A DNA stretch of 64,000 bases. Origin: Terriglobales bacterium. GTDB taxonomy: Bacteria > Acidobacteriota > Terriglobia > Terriglobales > SCQP01. The stretch is from assembly GCA_036561225.1 (NCBI GenBank), contig DATBPS010000147.1:21312-85311 (forward strand), in the 5' to 3' direction. Position numbers and translations under genes: made by a program. Position 1 is the first letter of the stretch. Each line of letters begins with the position of its first letter. Shown piece by piece: positions 8,644-18,950 of the stretch. The notes below the pieces were generated by a model. That model was not told the origin of the DNA and ran no database searches. It saw only the letters and a program-made list of their open reading frames with translations.

Positions 8644-10755
8644 ATGCTCACACGAGTTTGGCGGACGGCTGCCTTGACCGGGTTGGCGCTGATGTTGCTG
8701 GCGCCGCTTGCGGCCCAGGGCTTCACCATGGAACAGGCGCTGAGCTATCCCTTCCCGGACGGCTTGACCGCGGCGGCACAGGGCGAACGGGTGGCCTGGG
8801 TGTTCAACCTGCGCGGAGCGCGGAACATCTGGGTGGCGGACGGTCCGTCGTTTGCCGCGCGACAGGTGACGCACTACGTGGGCGACGACGGCATGCCCAT
8901 CGCCAGCCTGCGGCTGACGCCCGATGGCGCCACGGCCGTCTATGCGCGAGGCAGTGAGACCAACGGGCAGGGCGAGGTGGCCGACCCGACCAGCAACGTG
9001 CAGCGTCCGCAGCAGCAGGTGTGGGCGGTGGAGGTGGCGGCGGGCGAACCGCGCCTGCTGGGGACGATGGATTGCCGCCCGGAGGGATGCGAGGATATTC
9101 AGATTTCACCCGACGGTAAGCAGGCGGTGTGGAGCGGCGGGGGGCAACTGTGGCTGGCGCCGGTGTCGGGCGCCACGCCGGCGCGGCCGCTGGCCTACAT
9201 CCGCGGCAATGTTTCGCAGCCGCAGTGGTCACCCGACAGCCAGGCGATTGCCTTTGTCAGCAACCGCGGCACGCACGCGCTGATCGGCATCTACCGCTTC
9301 GGCAGCGACACGCTGCAGTGGGTGGCGCCGAGCGTGTTTCTGGACCGCTTGCCGCGCTGGTCGGCCGACGGTACGCAGTTGGCTTTTGTGCGGGTATATA
9401 GCGGCGGCAGTTTTTTCTCCGGCAGCCGCCAGCCGTGGGCGATTGAGGTTTGGCAGGCGGCGAGCGGGCAGGCGCGCGAGATTTGGCGCAGTCCGGCGGG
9501 CGCGGCGGGTTCCTATCTCTACGAGGGGGAGTGGGAAGAAGATGCGTTTCAGTTCGTGGCGGGGAACCGGATTCTGTTCGCTTCCCAGCAGGACGGATGG
9601 CCGCACCTGTACTCCATACCGGCGGGCGGCGGCACAGCGCTGCTGCTGACCTCGGGCAGCTACGCGTTCCAGGGCGTGGCGGTGACGCCGGACCGGAAGA
9701 CGGTGCTATTCGCCTCCAACGAGAACGACGTGGACCGGCGGCACATCTGGCGGGCGGCGGTGGACAAGGCCGGGACGGTGGCGCTGACCCAGGGGGCGAC
9801 GATCGAGTGGGCGCCGGTGGTGACCGGCGACGGCCGGGCGTACCTATGCCTGGGTGCGACCGGGACGCAGCCGGCTATGCCGTACCACATCACCGCGCAG
9901 GGACGGGAGATGATCGCCCCGGCCGCGCTGCCGGCCGATTATCCCTCGGCGCAGATGGTGGAGCCGCGCCAGGTGGTGTTCAAGAGCCCGGACGGGCTGG
10001 AGATCCACGGGCAGTTGTTTGTGCCGCGCGGGGGCGCGGGGGCCAAGCACCCGGGGCTGATCTTCACCCATGGCGGGCCGCCGCGGCAGATGCTGCTGGG
10101 CTTCCATCCCATGGACGCCTACAACTACATGTACGCGGCCAATGAGTACCTGGCCAGCCGCGGGTACGTGGTGCTGTCGGTGAACTACCGGCTGGGCATC
10201 TTTTATGGGCGGGCATTCCGCCAGCCGGTGCATGCCGGGGCCCAGGGGGCGTCGGAGTATCAGGACGTACTGGCGGGAGCGCGCTACCTGCAGTCGCTGC
10301 CCGAGGTGGATGCCGCGAAGATCGGGCTGTGGGGCGGCTCCTACGGGGGGTATCTGACGGCCATGGGGCTGGCGCGCAACTCCGATGTCTTCAAGGCGGG
10401 GGTGGATTACGCCGGCGTGCACGACTGGAGCGCCTTCCTGGGCGGCGGCAACAGCGCGGCGCGGCAGCTGGCCGTGGCCTCATCCCCGGTGGGGGCGATT
10501 GCCACCTGGAAATCGCCGGTGCTGTTGATCCAGGCGGATGACGACCGCAACGTGCCGTTTGCCCAGACCATCAACCTGGTGAAGCTGCTGCGGCAGCACC
10601 AGGTGCCGTATGAGCTGACGGTGATTCCCGACGAGGTGCATGACTCGCTGCTGTGGGGGACGTGGGTGCGGGTGTTCAGCGCCACCGGCGAGTTTTTTGA
10701 TCGGGTACTGGTGAAGGGCGAAGCGGTGCGGCCGGCGGGGGCCGGGCTACACTAA
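8644..10755 (+). CDS. S9 family serine peptidase (beta-propeller + prolyl oligopeptidase/DPP-type hydrolase domain), secreted
   Basis: ATG 8644 follows the GGAGG RBS and gives the signal peptide MLTRVWRTAALTGLALMLLAPLAAQG. The N-terminal propeller repeats are TolB-like. The C-terminal hydrolase domain has the GGSYGGYL nucleophile elbow. Confidence 0.85.
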   Translation: MLTRVWRTAALTGLALMLLAPLAAQGFTMEQALSYPFPDGLTAAAQGERVAWVFNLRGARNIWVADGPSFAARQVTHYVGDDGMPIASLRLTPDGATAVYARGSETNGQGEVADPTSNVQRPQQQVWAVEVAAGEPRLLGTMDCRPEGCEDIQISPDGKQAVWSGGGQLWLAPVSGATPARPLAYIRGNVSQPQWSPDSQAIAFVSNRGTHALIGIYRFGSDTLQWVAPSVFLDRLPRWSADGTQLAFVRVYSGGSFFSGSRQPWAIEVWQAASGQAREIWRSPAGAAGSYLYEGEWEEDAFQFVAGNRILFASQQDGWPHLYSIPAGGGTALLLTSGSYAFQGVAVTPDRKTVLFASNENDVDRRHIWRAAVDKAGTVALTQGATIEWAPVVTGDGRAYLCLGATGTQPAMPYHITAQGREMIAPAALPADYPSAQMVEPRQVVFKSPDGLEIHGQLFVPRGGAGAKHPGLIFTHGGPPRQMLLGFHPMDAYNYMYAANEYLASRGYVVLSVNYRLGIFYGRAFRQPVHAGAQGASEYQDVLAGARYLQSLPEVDAAKIGLWGGSYGGYLTAMGLARNSDVFKAGVDYAGVHDWSAFLGGGNSAARQLAVASSPVGAIATWKSPVLLIQADDDRNVPFAQTINLVKLLRQHQVPYELTVIPDEVHDSLLWGTWVRVFSATGEFFDRVLVKGEAVRPAGAGLH

Positions 10756-10775
10756 ATGAGTACGGAGCGACACCT

Positions 10776-11960
10776 ATGCTGCTGAAAAAAGAACGGCTGT
10801 TTACCCCCGGACCCACCGCATTGCTGCCGCAGGCGCAGGCCGCCATGGCGGCCATGTCCATGCATCACCGCACGCCGGAATTCCGCGCGGTGGTGACCGC
10901 CACGCTGAAGCGCCTGCAGGCGTTTTTGGCCACGAAGAACGACGTGATCCTGCTGACGTCCTCGGGCACCGGAGCGATGGAGGCGGCGCTGGTGAACCTG
11001 GCCTCGCCGGCGGACCGGGTGCTGGTGATGTCGGCGGGCAAGTTCGGCGAGCGCTGGGAAAAGCTGGCCAAAGCCTATGGGTGCAGCGTGGACCTGCTGC
11101 AACTGCCCTACGGAGAGAGCTTCGGGGCCGAGCATGTGAAGGGGCGGTTCAGCGGCGCCAACGCGCCGAAAATTCTGATGGTGCAGGCGTCGGAGTCGTC
11201 CACCGGCTGCAAGCACGACATCGCGGCCATCGCGCGGGCGGCGCGGGCGGAGAAGTCCGACGTGCTGATCCTGGTGGACGGCATCACCGGCGTGGGCACG
11301 CAGCAGTTGGACATTGACGCCTGGGACCTGGACATCGTGGTGGGCGGATCGCAGAAGGCTGTAATGATGGCGCCGGGCTTGGCTTACCTGAGCGTCAGCG
11401 AGCGGGCCTGGGCGGCGATGGAGGCTTCGAAAGCGCCGCGTTTCTACTTCGACCTGCGGCGCGAACGCAAATCGCAGGCCACCGGGGAGACGGCCTTTAC
11501 GCCCGCCATTGGCTTGATCGCCGCCCTGAACGCGGCGCTGGAGTACATCGAGACGCTGGGCGGACGGCCGGGCCTGACCGCCAACGCCGAGACGCTGGGC
11601 GCGGCCACGCGGGCGGCCATGGAGGCGCTGGGGCTGAAGCGGTTCGGCAACGGGCAGCCATCGGGCGCACTGACCGCCATTGAGATGCCGGCCGGGTTGG
11701 ACTCGGGGCTGGTGGTCAAGGCGCTGCGGCAGCAGTTCGGCACCGTGGTGGCCAACGGGCAAGGGGAGATGAAGGGGACGATGATCCGGGTGGCGCACCT
11801 GGGTTACTACGACTTTGCCGAGACGCTGTCGCTGCTGGCCCAACTGGAGATCGTGCTGGTGCAGTTGGGCAAGCTGGATGCGGCGAAACTGGGCGCCGGG
11901 GTGCGCGCCGCCCAGACCTATTACCTGGCGCAGCACAAGGCCCAAACCGCCAAGGCCTAA
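10776..11960 (+). CDS. class V aminotransferase (serine-glyoxylate/phosphoserine aminotransferase-like)
   Basis: Class-V fold similarity with the PLP-lysine context GGSQKAVMMAPG. It lies 8 nt upstream of a serA-like dehydrogenase, which suggests a serine-pathway role (inference). Confidence 0.8.
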   Translation: MLLKKERLFTPGPTALLPQAQAAMAAMSMHHRTPEFRAVVTATLKRLQAFLATKNDVILLTSSGTGAMEAALVNLASPADRVLVMSAGKFGERWEKLAKAYGCSVDLLQLPYGESFGAEHVKGRFSGANAPKILMVQASESSTGCKHDIAAIARAARAEKSDVLILVDGITGVGTQQLDIDAWDLDIVVGGSQKAVMMAPGLAYLSVSERAWAAMEASKAPRFYFDLRRERKSQATGETAFTPAIGLIAALNAALEYIETLGGRPGLTANAETLGAATRAAMEALGLKRFGNGQPSGALTAIEMPAGLDSGLVVKALRQQFGTVVANGQGEMKGTMIRVAHLGYYDFAETLSLLAQLEIVLVQLGKLDAAKLGAGVRAAQTYYLAQHKAQTAKA

Positions 11961-11968
11961 ATACGACC

Positions 11969-12913
11969 ATGAAGATCGTCATTCCGGAGAAGATCTCGGC
12001 CCGCGGCCTGGAAACATTCAAAGCCGCGGGCTTCCAGGTGGTGCAACTCACGCCGGCGTCGGTGGGCGACGGCCAGTTGGCAGGCGAACTGGCCGTCGCC
12101 GATGCCCTGGTCGTACGTTCGGCGGTGAAGGTCACCGCCGAGCTGCTGGCGGCGGCGCCGAAGCTGCGGGTCATTGGCCGGGCGGGGGTGGGCGTGGACA
12201 ACGTGGACGTGCCCGCGGCCACCGCGCGCAAAGTGGTGGTGATGAACACGCCGGGCGGAAGTTCGGTGGCGGTGGCGGAGCTGGCGCTGGGGTTGATGCT
12301 GGCGTTGGCGCGGCAGATTCCGCGGGCCGATGCCACCATGCACGCCGGGCAGTGGGAGAAGAAATCGCTGGAGGGCGGCGAGCTGTTCGGCAAGACGCTG
12401 GGGCTGGTGGGCTGCGGACGCATCGCCATCGAGGTGGCGCGGCGGGCAGCGGCGTTCGGAATGCGTGTGATCGGCTCCGATCCGGCCGCCCCGCCGGCGG
12501 CGCGCGAGGCGGGCATTGCATTCGTCAGCTTCGAGAAGCTGCTGGCGGAGTCGGACTACATCAGCCTGCACCTGGCCATGTCGCCGGGAGTGCGCGGGCT
12601 ATTTAACGACGCCGTGTTCGCCCAGATGAAGGCAGGAGCGCGGTTGGTGAACTGCGCCCGCGGTGAGGTGGTGGACGAGGCCGCGCTGGCGCGGGCGCTG
12701 GAATCCGGCAAATTGGCGGGCGCCGCGGTGGATGTCTACGGCAAGGAGCCGCCGGCGGCCGATGCGCCCCTGCTGCACTGCCCCAACCTCATCGCCACGC
12801 CCCACATCGGCGCCTCCACGCGCGAGGCGCAGGAGCGGGTGGGTACGGCGATTGCCGAGCAGATCCGCGATTACCTGCTGGCCGGCACGATTGCCAACGC
12901 GGTCAATGCGTGA
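11969..12913 (+). CDS. serA: D-3-phosphoglycerate dehydrogenase-like 2-hydroxyacid dehydrogenase (short form, no ACT domain)
   Basis: D-isomer-specific 2-hydroxyacid dehydrogenase similarity. NAD motif GLVGCGRIAIEVARRA and catalytic-region NCARGEVVDE...TPHIGAST are present. Confidence 0.7.
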   Translation: MKIVIPEKISARGLETFKAAGFQVVQLTPASVGDGQLAGELAVADALVVRSAVKVTAELLAAAPKLRVIGRAGVGVDNVDVPAATARKVVVMNTPGGSSVAVAELALGLMLALARQIPRADATMHAGQWEKKSLEGGELFGKTLGLVGCGRIAIEVARRAAAFGMRVIGSDPAAPPAAREAGIAFVSFEKLLAESDYISLHLAMSPGVRGLFNDAVFAQMKAGARLVNCARGEVVDEAALARALESGKLAGAAVDVYGKEPPAADAPLLHCPNLIATPHIGASTREAQERVGTAIAEQIRDYLLAGTIANAVNA

Positions 12914-12916
12914 GCC

Positions 12917-12952
12917 GTGAACGGTGAACGGTGAACAGTGAACCGTTCACCG
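12917..12952. repeat. four tandem GTGAACN heptamers followed by the inverted GTTCAC; forms alternative hairpins (likely bidirectional terminator)
   Basis: The sequence is GTGAACG GTGAACG GTGAACA GTGAACC GTTCACCG, read directly. For example, CGGTGAACGG (12922-12931) pairs with CCGTTCACCG (12943-12952). It fills the 33-nt gap between convergent serA and the M28 peptidase gene and overlaps the M28 stop codon. Confidence 0.6.
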
Positions 12953-14440
12953 GTTGGGCTGAGGATTGTGGTGGGGGAACGCCTGATCCATCTGGGAGAC
13001 GTTCCACATCCAGGCGGCGATGACGGCCGCGCCTTGGTTCACCTGCTCGGGGATCACTTTGTCGAAGGTGTCGGTTTGCGAGTGGTGGGCCTCGCGGTAG
13101 TGGGCGGGGGCCTGCTCGGCGAAGTATCCGGCGACGCCGGCGCGCTGGAAGGCGACGTGGTCGGAGGAGCCGAAGTACTCGGTGGTGATGGGGTTGAGGT
13201 CGAAGACCTCCTTGAGCGGCTGGTAGACGGCGGAGAGTTCGGGGAACGTCTCGTAGAGGTTTTCCAGCGAGATGGACTTGATGCGGCCGGTTCCGGTGTC
13301 GTCCACCAGCACGGCATCCATTTTGGGGATCTCGCTCTTGTGGTTGCGCAGGAAGGTTTCGACGCCGACGCCGCCCTCTTCCTCGCCGGTGAACAGGATG
13401 AAGGTCAGGGTGCGCTTGGGCTGCCAGCCGAGTGATTTGAGAATGCGGGCGGCCTCCAGCACCGACATGGCGCCGGTGCCGTTGTCCACCGCGCCCTGGC
13501 CGAGATACCAGGAGTCGAGGTGGCCGCCGATGATCACCTGCTGGTCGGGGAACTCGCTGCCCTTGATCTGGGCCACGGTGATGGAGGCGTCGGCCGGGCC
13601 ATCACTGAAAGTTCCGCCGATGTTGACCCGCATCTTCAACGGCTGGGAATAGTCCTTGGCCAGGCGGTAGAGCAGGCTGTAGTCCTCGTGCGAGATGGTG
13701 GCGGTGGGAACCTCGGAGGGGGCGTAGCGGCCGGCGCCGCCGATGGAGAAGAGATTCCATGGCTTGCCGCTGTCGCGAATGACCACCGCCGCGCCTTCCA
13801 GGAGGTTGGGGCCGCCGCGGCGGAAGTTCTGGGCGGCGTTGCGGTCGGGCACGCCCTTGGGCGGCACGATGACCGAATCGTAGGCGTTGTCGGCCACGTA
13901 GTCAGGGTCCACGTTGCGATCGTTGGGCGGTCCCTGCAGCACGATGGCGCCGCGGATCTTGCCGGGGTCGGGGGTCTCGCCGGGGCCAAGGACGACGACC
14001 GGCGCGGTGATGGTCCCGTGGGTGGCCCGGCTCCAGCCTTCGGCGGCGATGGGGATCACTTTCGCCCAGGGGCTGATGAGTTCGGCAGTGCACAGGCCGG
14101 GCGTCCAGGCGTGCGCCACCTGGGTGGTTTCGAGGTGGGCGTCGAGGCCGTACTCCTTGAAGCGCTGCAGGGTCCAGCGACTGGCCGCCTGCATGTTGGA
14201 GCTGCCGGTGAGGCGCGGGCCGATCATGGTGGTGAGGTACTCTTCGTTCTTCATCAGCTCGGAGTGGCTGTGGTTCTCCTGCTGGATGGCCTGGTCGGCG
14301 GTCTCCATGGCGCGCAGGTACTGTTCCTGAGCGGGATTCTGCGGGCCACGGGCCTGGGAGAGGGCGGCGACAGCGACCCCGGCGGCCAGCAGCGGGGTGA
14401 GAACCAGGGCGGAGCGACGAAGACTCATGCGCAGCATCAT
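12947..14440 (-). CDS. M28 family metallo-aminopeptidase, secreted
   Basis: Signal peptide MSLRRSALVLTPLLAAGVAVAAL. M28 metal-ligand motifs are present (IIGGHLDSW, AVDNGTGAMSV, FTGEEEGGVG). Confidence 0.8.
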   Translation of the reverse strand: MMLRMSLRRSALVLTPLLAAGVAVAALSQARGPQNPAQEQYLRAMETADQAIQQENHSHSELMKNEEYLTTMIGPRLTGSSNMQAASRWTLQRFKEYGLDAHLETTQVAHAWTPGLCTAELISPWAKVIPIAAEGWSRATHGTITAPVVVLGPGETPDPGKIRGAIVLQGPPNDRNVDPDYVADNAYDSVIVPPKGVPDRNAAQNFRRGGPNLLEGAAVVIRDSGKPWNLFSIGGAGRYAPSEVPTATISHEDYSLLYRLAKDYSQPLKMRVNIGGTFSDGPADASITVAQIKGSEFPDQQVIIGGHLDSWYLGQGAVDNGTGAMSVLEAARILKSLGWQPKRTLTFILFTGEEEGGVGVETFLRNHKSEIPKMDAVLVDDTGTGRIKSISLENLYETFPELSAVYQPLKEVFDLNPITTEYFGSSDHVAFQRAGVAGYFAEQAPAHYREAHHSQTDTFDKVIPEQVNQGAAVIAAWMWNVSQMDQAFPHHNPQPNR

Positions 14441-14466
14441 AACGCAGGGACAATGAGCGCCAAAGC

Positions 14467-14472
14467 TATAAT
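14467..14472 (+). promoter_or_regulatory. candidate -10 box TATAAT 9 nt upstream of the lysS ATG
   Basis: Perfect TATAAT in the 41-nt divergent spacer. No convincing -35 is present. If this box is used, it would give a very short or leaderless lysS 5' UTR. Confidence 0.25.
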
Positions 14473-14481
14473 TAAGGCTTC

Positions 14482-15924
14482 ATGTCCCTGGACTTAGCCA
14501 TACAGCAGCAGCGGGAGGCCAAAGTGGCGGCGCTGCGGGCGGCGGGCGGAGAGCCCTATCCGCATCGCTTTGCCTTCACTCACACCGTGCCGCAGGTGCA
14601 TGCCGCCTATGACGCGGTGGAGGGACCGGCGCTGGAGGCCGCGCGCCCGGCGGTGCGGGTGGCGGGGCGGCTGATTCAGTTTCGTCCCCACGGCAAGGCG
14701 GGGTTCGGGCATCTGCAGCAGGGCGGGGAGCGGCTGCAGATCTACGTGCGTCAGGACAGCGTGGCGGCGGAAGTATTCGCGCTGTGGAAAGACCTGGATT
14801 TGGGCGATCACGTCGGCGTGGGCGGGTATCTGTTCCGCACCAAAACCAATGAGTTGACCGTGCATGTGGAGACGATGGAGTTGCTCGCCAAGGCGCTTTT
14901 GCCCATGCCGGAGAAGTGGCACGGGCTGGTGGACGTCGAGGCGCGCTACCGGCAGCGTTACCTGGACCTGATCGCCAACGAGGACGCGCGGCGCATCTTT
15001 GTGCAGCGGGCGCGGCTGACCAGTTGTCTGCGCGATTTGTTCCATGCGCGGGGGTACATCGAGGTGGAGACGCCGATGATGCAGCCGCTGGCGGGCGGCG
15101 CGGCGGCGCGGCCGTTCCGCACCCACCACGAGGCGCTGGACCTGCCGCTGTATCTGCGCATCGCACCCGAGCTGTACCTGAAGCGGCTGGTGGTGGGCGG
15201 CATGGACAGGGTATTCGAGATCAACCGCAACTTCCGCAACGAGGGCATCTCGACCCAGCACAATCCGGAGTTCACCATGCTGGAGTTCTATGAGGCCTAC
15301 AGCGACTACCGCGTGCTGATGGACTGGAGCGCGGAGCTGCTGGCGGAGTGCGCGCGGCGGGTGGCGGGCACAACCGAGGTGGAGTTCCGCGGGCAGAAGA
15401 TTGATTTTGCCCGGTGCCGGCGGCTGAGCCTGTGCGAGGCGATCCGCGAGTTCTGGCCGGCGGAGCGGGGCGCGGCGCCGGAGCTGGCGGAGTTGCAGCG
15501 TCGCGCGGACGCTTCCGTGGTGGAGCTGTTCGAGCAGGTGGCGGAATCGAACCTGGTGCAGCCGACGATCATCTACGACTATCCGCGGGCGGTATCGCCG
15601 CTGGCCAAGAGCAAGCCCGAGGACGCGGCCTGGGTGGAGCGGTTCGAGATCTACGCCGGCGGGATGGAGATCGCCAACGGCTACAGCGAGTTGAACGATC
15701 CCGACGAACAGCAGCGCCGCTTCGAGGAGCAGTTGGCGCAACGGGAGCGGGGCGACGAGGAGGCACACTCCATGGACGCCGATTACGTGCGGGCCTTGCG
15801 CTACGGCATGCCGCCCACGGCGGGGGAGGGGATCGGCATTGACCGGCTGACCATGCTGTTGACCGGGGCGGCTTCCATCCGCGAGGTGATCCTGTTCCCG
15901 CTGCTGCGGCCGGAGGCGGAGTGA
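14482..15924 (+). CDS. lysS: lysine--tRNA ligase (class II)
   Basis: Full-length LysRS similarity: an N-terminal OB anticodon-binding region and a class II core (FRNEGISTQHNPEFTMLEFY, GGMEIANGYSELNDP, GIGIDRLTMLL). Confidence 0.95.
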   Translation: MSLDLAIQQQREAKVAALRAAGGEPYPHRFAFTHTVPQVHAAYDAVEGPALEAARPAVRVAGRLIQFRPHGKAGFGHLQQGGERLQIYVRQDSVAAEVFALWKDLDLGDHVGVGGYLFRTKTNELTVHVETMELLAKALLPMPEKWHGLVDVEARYRQRYLDLIANEDARRIFVQRARLTSCLRDLFHARGYIEVETPMMQPLAGGAAARPFRTHHEALDLPLYLRIAPELYLKRLVVGGMDRVFEINRNFRNEGISTQHNPEFTMLEFYEAYSDYRVLMDWSAELLAECARRVAGTTEVEFRGQKIDFARCRRLSLCEAIREFWPAERGAAPELAELQRRADASVVELFEQVAESNLVQPTIIYDYPRAVSPLAKSKPEDAAWVERFEIYAGGMEIANGYSELNDPDEQQRRFEEQLAQRERGDEEAHSMDADYVRALRYGMPPTAGEGIGIDRLTMLLTGAASIREVILFPLLRPEAE

Positions 15925-17789
15925 GAAATTTTCGCGAGGAACTGGCGTCGCGGGTGCTGGTCAGTGATGGCGCCATGGGCACCATGCTGTATGCCCACGG
16001 TGTGTTCATCAACCGCAGCTACGACGAGTTGAACCTCAGCCAGCCGGCGGTGGTGCGCGAGATACACCGCGCCTACGCCCAGGCGGGGGCGGAGATCATC
16101 GAGACCAACACCTTCGGCGCGAACGCGGTCATCCTGGAGAAGTACGGGCTGCGGGACCAGGTGGACGCCATCAACCGGGCGGGCGTGGCGCTGGCGCGGG
16201 AGTGCGCCGGCGACAGTTGGGTGGCGGGCGCCATGGGTCCGCTGGGGGTGTATGTCGAGCCGCTGGGCAAGCTCAGCCTGAGCGAGGCGCGGGCGGCGTT
16301 CCGGCAGCAGGCGGCGGCGCTGGCGGAGGCGGGCGCCGACCTGCTCATGCTGGAGACCTTCGGGCAGGTGGCGGAGTTGGGGGAGGCGATTCAGGGCGCG
16401 CGCCAAGCGTGCGCGCTGCCGATTGCCGCGCAGATCACCATTGATGACGAGGGGCGCGCGCTGGACGGCACGCCGGCCAGGGAAGCGGCGCGGCGGATGC
16501 ACGAGTGGGGCGCGGAGGTGATCGGCATCAACTGCAGCGGCGGTCCGGTGGGGATGCTGGAGGCGCTGGAGCAGATGGCGCAGGCCACCGATCGGCCGCT
16601 CATCGCGCAGCCCAACGCCGGCAAGCCGCGCAATGTGGACGGGCGCAACCTCTATATGGTGTCGCCGGAGTATCTGGCCGACTACGCGCGCCAGTTCATC
16701 GGCGCCGGGGCCAAGATCGTGGGCGGATGCTGCGGGACCACGCCGGAACACATTAAATGGATCCGCAACTACGTGCGCTCGACCCAGCCGGGCAAGCGCC
16801 GGGTGCGGGTGGAGACGGTGGCGCAGGCGGGAGCGCAGACGCGCACCCCGGTGGCGGCGGCGCAGCGGTCGAACCTGGGGCGGAAGCTGGCCGAGGGACG
16901 GTTCGTGACGCTGGTCGAGATCCTGCCGCCGCGGGGCAGCGATCCCGGCCGCGAGCTGCAGAGCGCCGCCTTTTTCGAGCAGCAGGGCGCCGACGCCATC
17001 AACATCCCCGACGGGCCGCGGGCCAATGCGCGCATGAGCAACCAGGCCCTGGCGGTGATGCTGCGCAACCAGATGGCCATCGAGCCGGTGCTGCATTACT
17101 GCTGCCGCGACCGCAACGTGATCTCCATGCAGTCGGACCTGCTGGGCGGGTTCGCGCTCGGCCTGCGGAACCTGATCCTGATCACCGGCGATCCGCCCAA
17201 GCTGGGGAACTATCCCGACGCCACGGCGGTGTTTGATGTGGACGCCATCGGGCTGACCAACCTGGTGCGCAACCTCAACTGCGGTCTCGATCTGGGCGGG
17301 AACGCGGTGGGGGGACAGACGGCGTACCTGATCGGCGTGGGCGCCAACCCGGGCGCGGTGAACTACGAAGAGGAGATCCGCCGCTACCGCTGGAAAGTGG
17401 AGGCGGGGGCCGATTACGTGGTGACGCAGCCGGTGTTTGACCTCGAGCTGCTGGAGAAGTTTCTGGCGGACACGGAGGATGCGCGGCGGCCGCTGATCGC
17501 CGGCATCTGGCCGCTGACCAGCCTGCGGCAGGCCGAGTTCATGCAGAACGAGCTGCGGGTGCGGGTGCCCGAGGCGGTGATCGAGCGCATGCGGCGGGCG
17601 GGCACGGCGGAGGCGGCCAAGCGCGAGGGACTGGAGATCGCCAAGGAGATGGTGCGGGCGCTGCGCAGTACGGTGGCCGGGATTCAGATCAGCGTCCTGG
17701 GCCGGGATACGGCGGCGGCCGAGCTGCTGCGCACCGCGCGCGGCGAGGAAGCTGCGGGAGCGGAAGCCGCGCCGGGACCGCCGGCATGA
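15921..17789 (+). CDS. bifunctional homocysteine S-methyltransferase / 5,10-methylenetetrahydrofolate reductase (YitJ-like fusion)
   Basis: The N-terminal Hcy-binding domain has [18 protein letters not shown] and [12 protein letters not shown]. It is fused to an MTHFR domain (NIPDGPRA..., [18 protein letters not shown]). The GTG start overlaps the lysS stop (GTGA). Confidence 0.85.
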   Translation: MRNFREELASRVLVSDGAMGTMLYAHGVFINRSYDELNLSQPAVVREIHRAYAQAGAEIIETNTFGANAVILEKYGLRDQVDAINRAGVALARECAGDSWVAGAMGPLGVYVEPLGKLSLSEARAAFRQQAAALAEAGADLLMLETFGQVAELGEAIQGARQACALPIAAQITIDDEGRALDGTPAREAARRMHEWGAEVIGINCSGGPVGMLEALEQMAQATDRPLIAQPNAGKPRNVDGRNLYMVSPEYLADYARQFIGAGAKIVGGCCGTTPEHIKWIRNYVRSTQPGKRRVRVETVAQAGAQTRTPVAAAQRSNLGRKLAEGRFVTLVEILPPRGSDPGRELQSAAFFEQQGADAINIPDGPRANARMSNQALAVMLRNQMAIEPVLHYCCRDRNVISMQSDLLGGFALGLRNLILITGDPPKLGNYPDATAVFDVDAIGLTNLVRNLNCGLDLGGNAVGGQTAYLIGVGANPGAVNYEEEIRRYRWKVEAGADYVVTQPVFDLELLEKFLADTEDARRPLIAGIWPLTSLRQAEFMQNELRVRVPEAVIERMRRAGTAEAAKREGLEIAKEMVRALRSTVAGIQISVLGRDTAAAELLRTARGEEAAGAEAAPGPPA

Positions 17790-18256
17790 TCTACAACGAC
17801 TGGCGGGAGATCCTCGCCCCGCGCCAGGCGTGGCGCCTCGCCGGCCGGCGGCTGGTGTTCACCAACGGCTGTTTTGACCTGCTGCACCCGGGGCACATCG
17901 CCACCCTGGAGCAGGCGCGCTCGCTGGGCGACATTCTTCTGGTCGCCATCAACACCGACGCCTCGGTGCAGCGCAGCAAAGGGCCGGAGCGGCCGATCAT
18001 CCCGCAGGCGGAGCGCGCCGAGGCGCTGGCGGCACTGGAGTGCGTGGATGGCGTGACGTTCTTCGACGACCCCACGCCGCTGGCGCTCATTCAGGGTTTG
18101 TTGCCGGATGTGCTGGTCAAGGGCGCCGACTGGGGACCGGGTGAAGTGGTGGGGGAAACGGAAGTGCTGGCCGCCGGCGGCCGCGTGGAACGGGCGCCGA
18201 TCACCGCCGGGTACTCGACCACCGCCATGATTGAGCGGGCACGAGGGAAGGGGTGA
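17786..18256 (+). CDS. rfaE2: D-glycero-beta-D-manno-heptose 1-phosphate adenylyltransferase (RfaE domain II type cytidylyltransferase)
   Basis: [13 protein letters not shown] nucleotidyltransferase signature, 156 aa. The ATG overlaps the upstream stop (ATGA). Confidence 0.8.
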   Translation: MIYNDWREILAPRQAWRLAGRRLVFTNGCFDLLHPGHIATLEQARSLGDILLVAINTDASVQRSKGPERPIIPQAERAEALAALECVDGVTFFDDPTPLALIQGLLPDVLVKGADWGPGEVVGETEVLAAGGRVERAPITAGYSTTAMIERARGKG

Positions 18257-18261
18257 GGAGG

Positions 18262-18285
18262 GCGGCGTGCCGTGGGGCACGCCGC
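18262..18285. terminator. GC hairpin between convergent genes (GCGGCGTGCC-gtgg-GGCACGCCGC)
   Basis: Perfect 10-bp stem with a 4-nt loop, 6 nt after the rfaE2 stop and 23 nt beyond the XRE gene stop. There is no T-tract. Confidence 0.45.
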
Positions 18286-18307
18286 TCGAGAGGGAGGCAG
18301 GGGCGGC

Positions 18308-18889
18308 TCAGCAGGCGGCGAGGTTTTGCGAAGCCTGGAGAAGGCGCTCGCGGTGCTGGGGGCCGAGTTTGCCGAGGTAGGGGAGGAGGGCGCTGAGGAA
18401 GGCGTCCTGGGGTGAGGCCAGGGTGCCGACTGCCAGCAGGGAAGCGACGCTGGTGCCCATGGCCAGCGCCATGCGTTCCAGCGAGGTGAGGGTGGGGGTG
18501 GCCTTGTCGTTTTCGATCTTGCTGACGTAGGTGCGGGGGACATGCATGCGCTCGGCCAGTTGACGCTGGCTGAGGCCGCGGCGCTGACGCCAGTGACGGA
18601 TGGCGCCGGCCACGTCAGGCACCGGAACCCCGGTGGCCTCGGCGGTTTCGACGCCCGGTTCCGCGACGCCGCCCAGCTTGACCGCGAGCACGGGCGCCGC
18701 AGCGGGGGCGGGACGCAGGTCCACGTCAGCCCGGCAGCGGCGGCAGTGGCTGTTCTGGGTGCGGTACTGCACCAGTTGACATTGCGGGCAGCGCAGGACC
18801 TCACGCTCAGTGGACGCAACCGGAATCAGGCACACCACCGACTCAGTCTGTGGAGCGCTCTCCAGTGTGGCAGTTAAATTGGTTCCCAT
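18308..18889 (-). CDS. XRE-family HTH transcriptional regulator with N-terminal zinc-ribbon
   Basis: CPQC-x13-CRRC ribbon near the N-terminus. A central HTH_3-type motif (RRGLSQRQLAERMHVPRTYVSKIENDKATPTLTSLERMALAMG) is present. Confidence 0.7.
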   Translation of the reverse strand: MGTNLTATLESAPQTESVVCLIPVASTEREVLRCPQCQLVQYRTQNSHCRRCRADVDLRPAPAAAPVLAVKLGGVAEPGVETAEATGVPVPDVAGAIRHWRQRRGLSQRQLAERMHVPRTYVSKIENDKATPTLTSLERMALAMGTSVASLLAVGTLASPQDAFLSALLPYLGKLGPQHRERLLQASQNLAAC

Positions 18890-18950
18890 GCCGTGTGGGA
18901 GGGTTTCCAGAGCTCGGCGTAGATACTGTGACTGGAACCGGAGGCGATTG

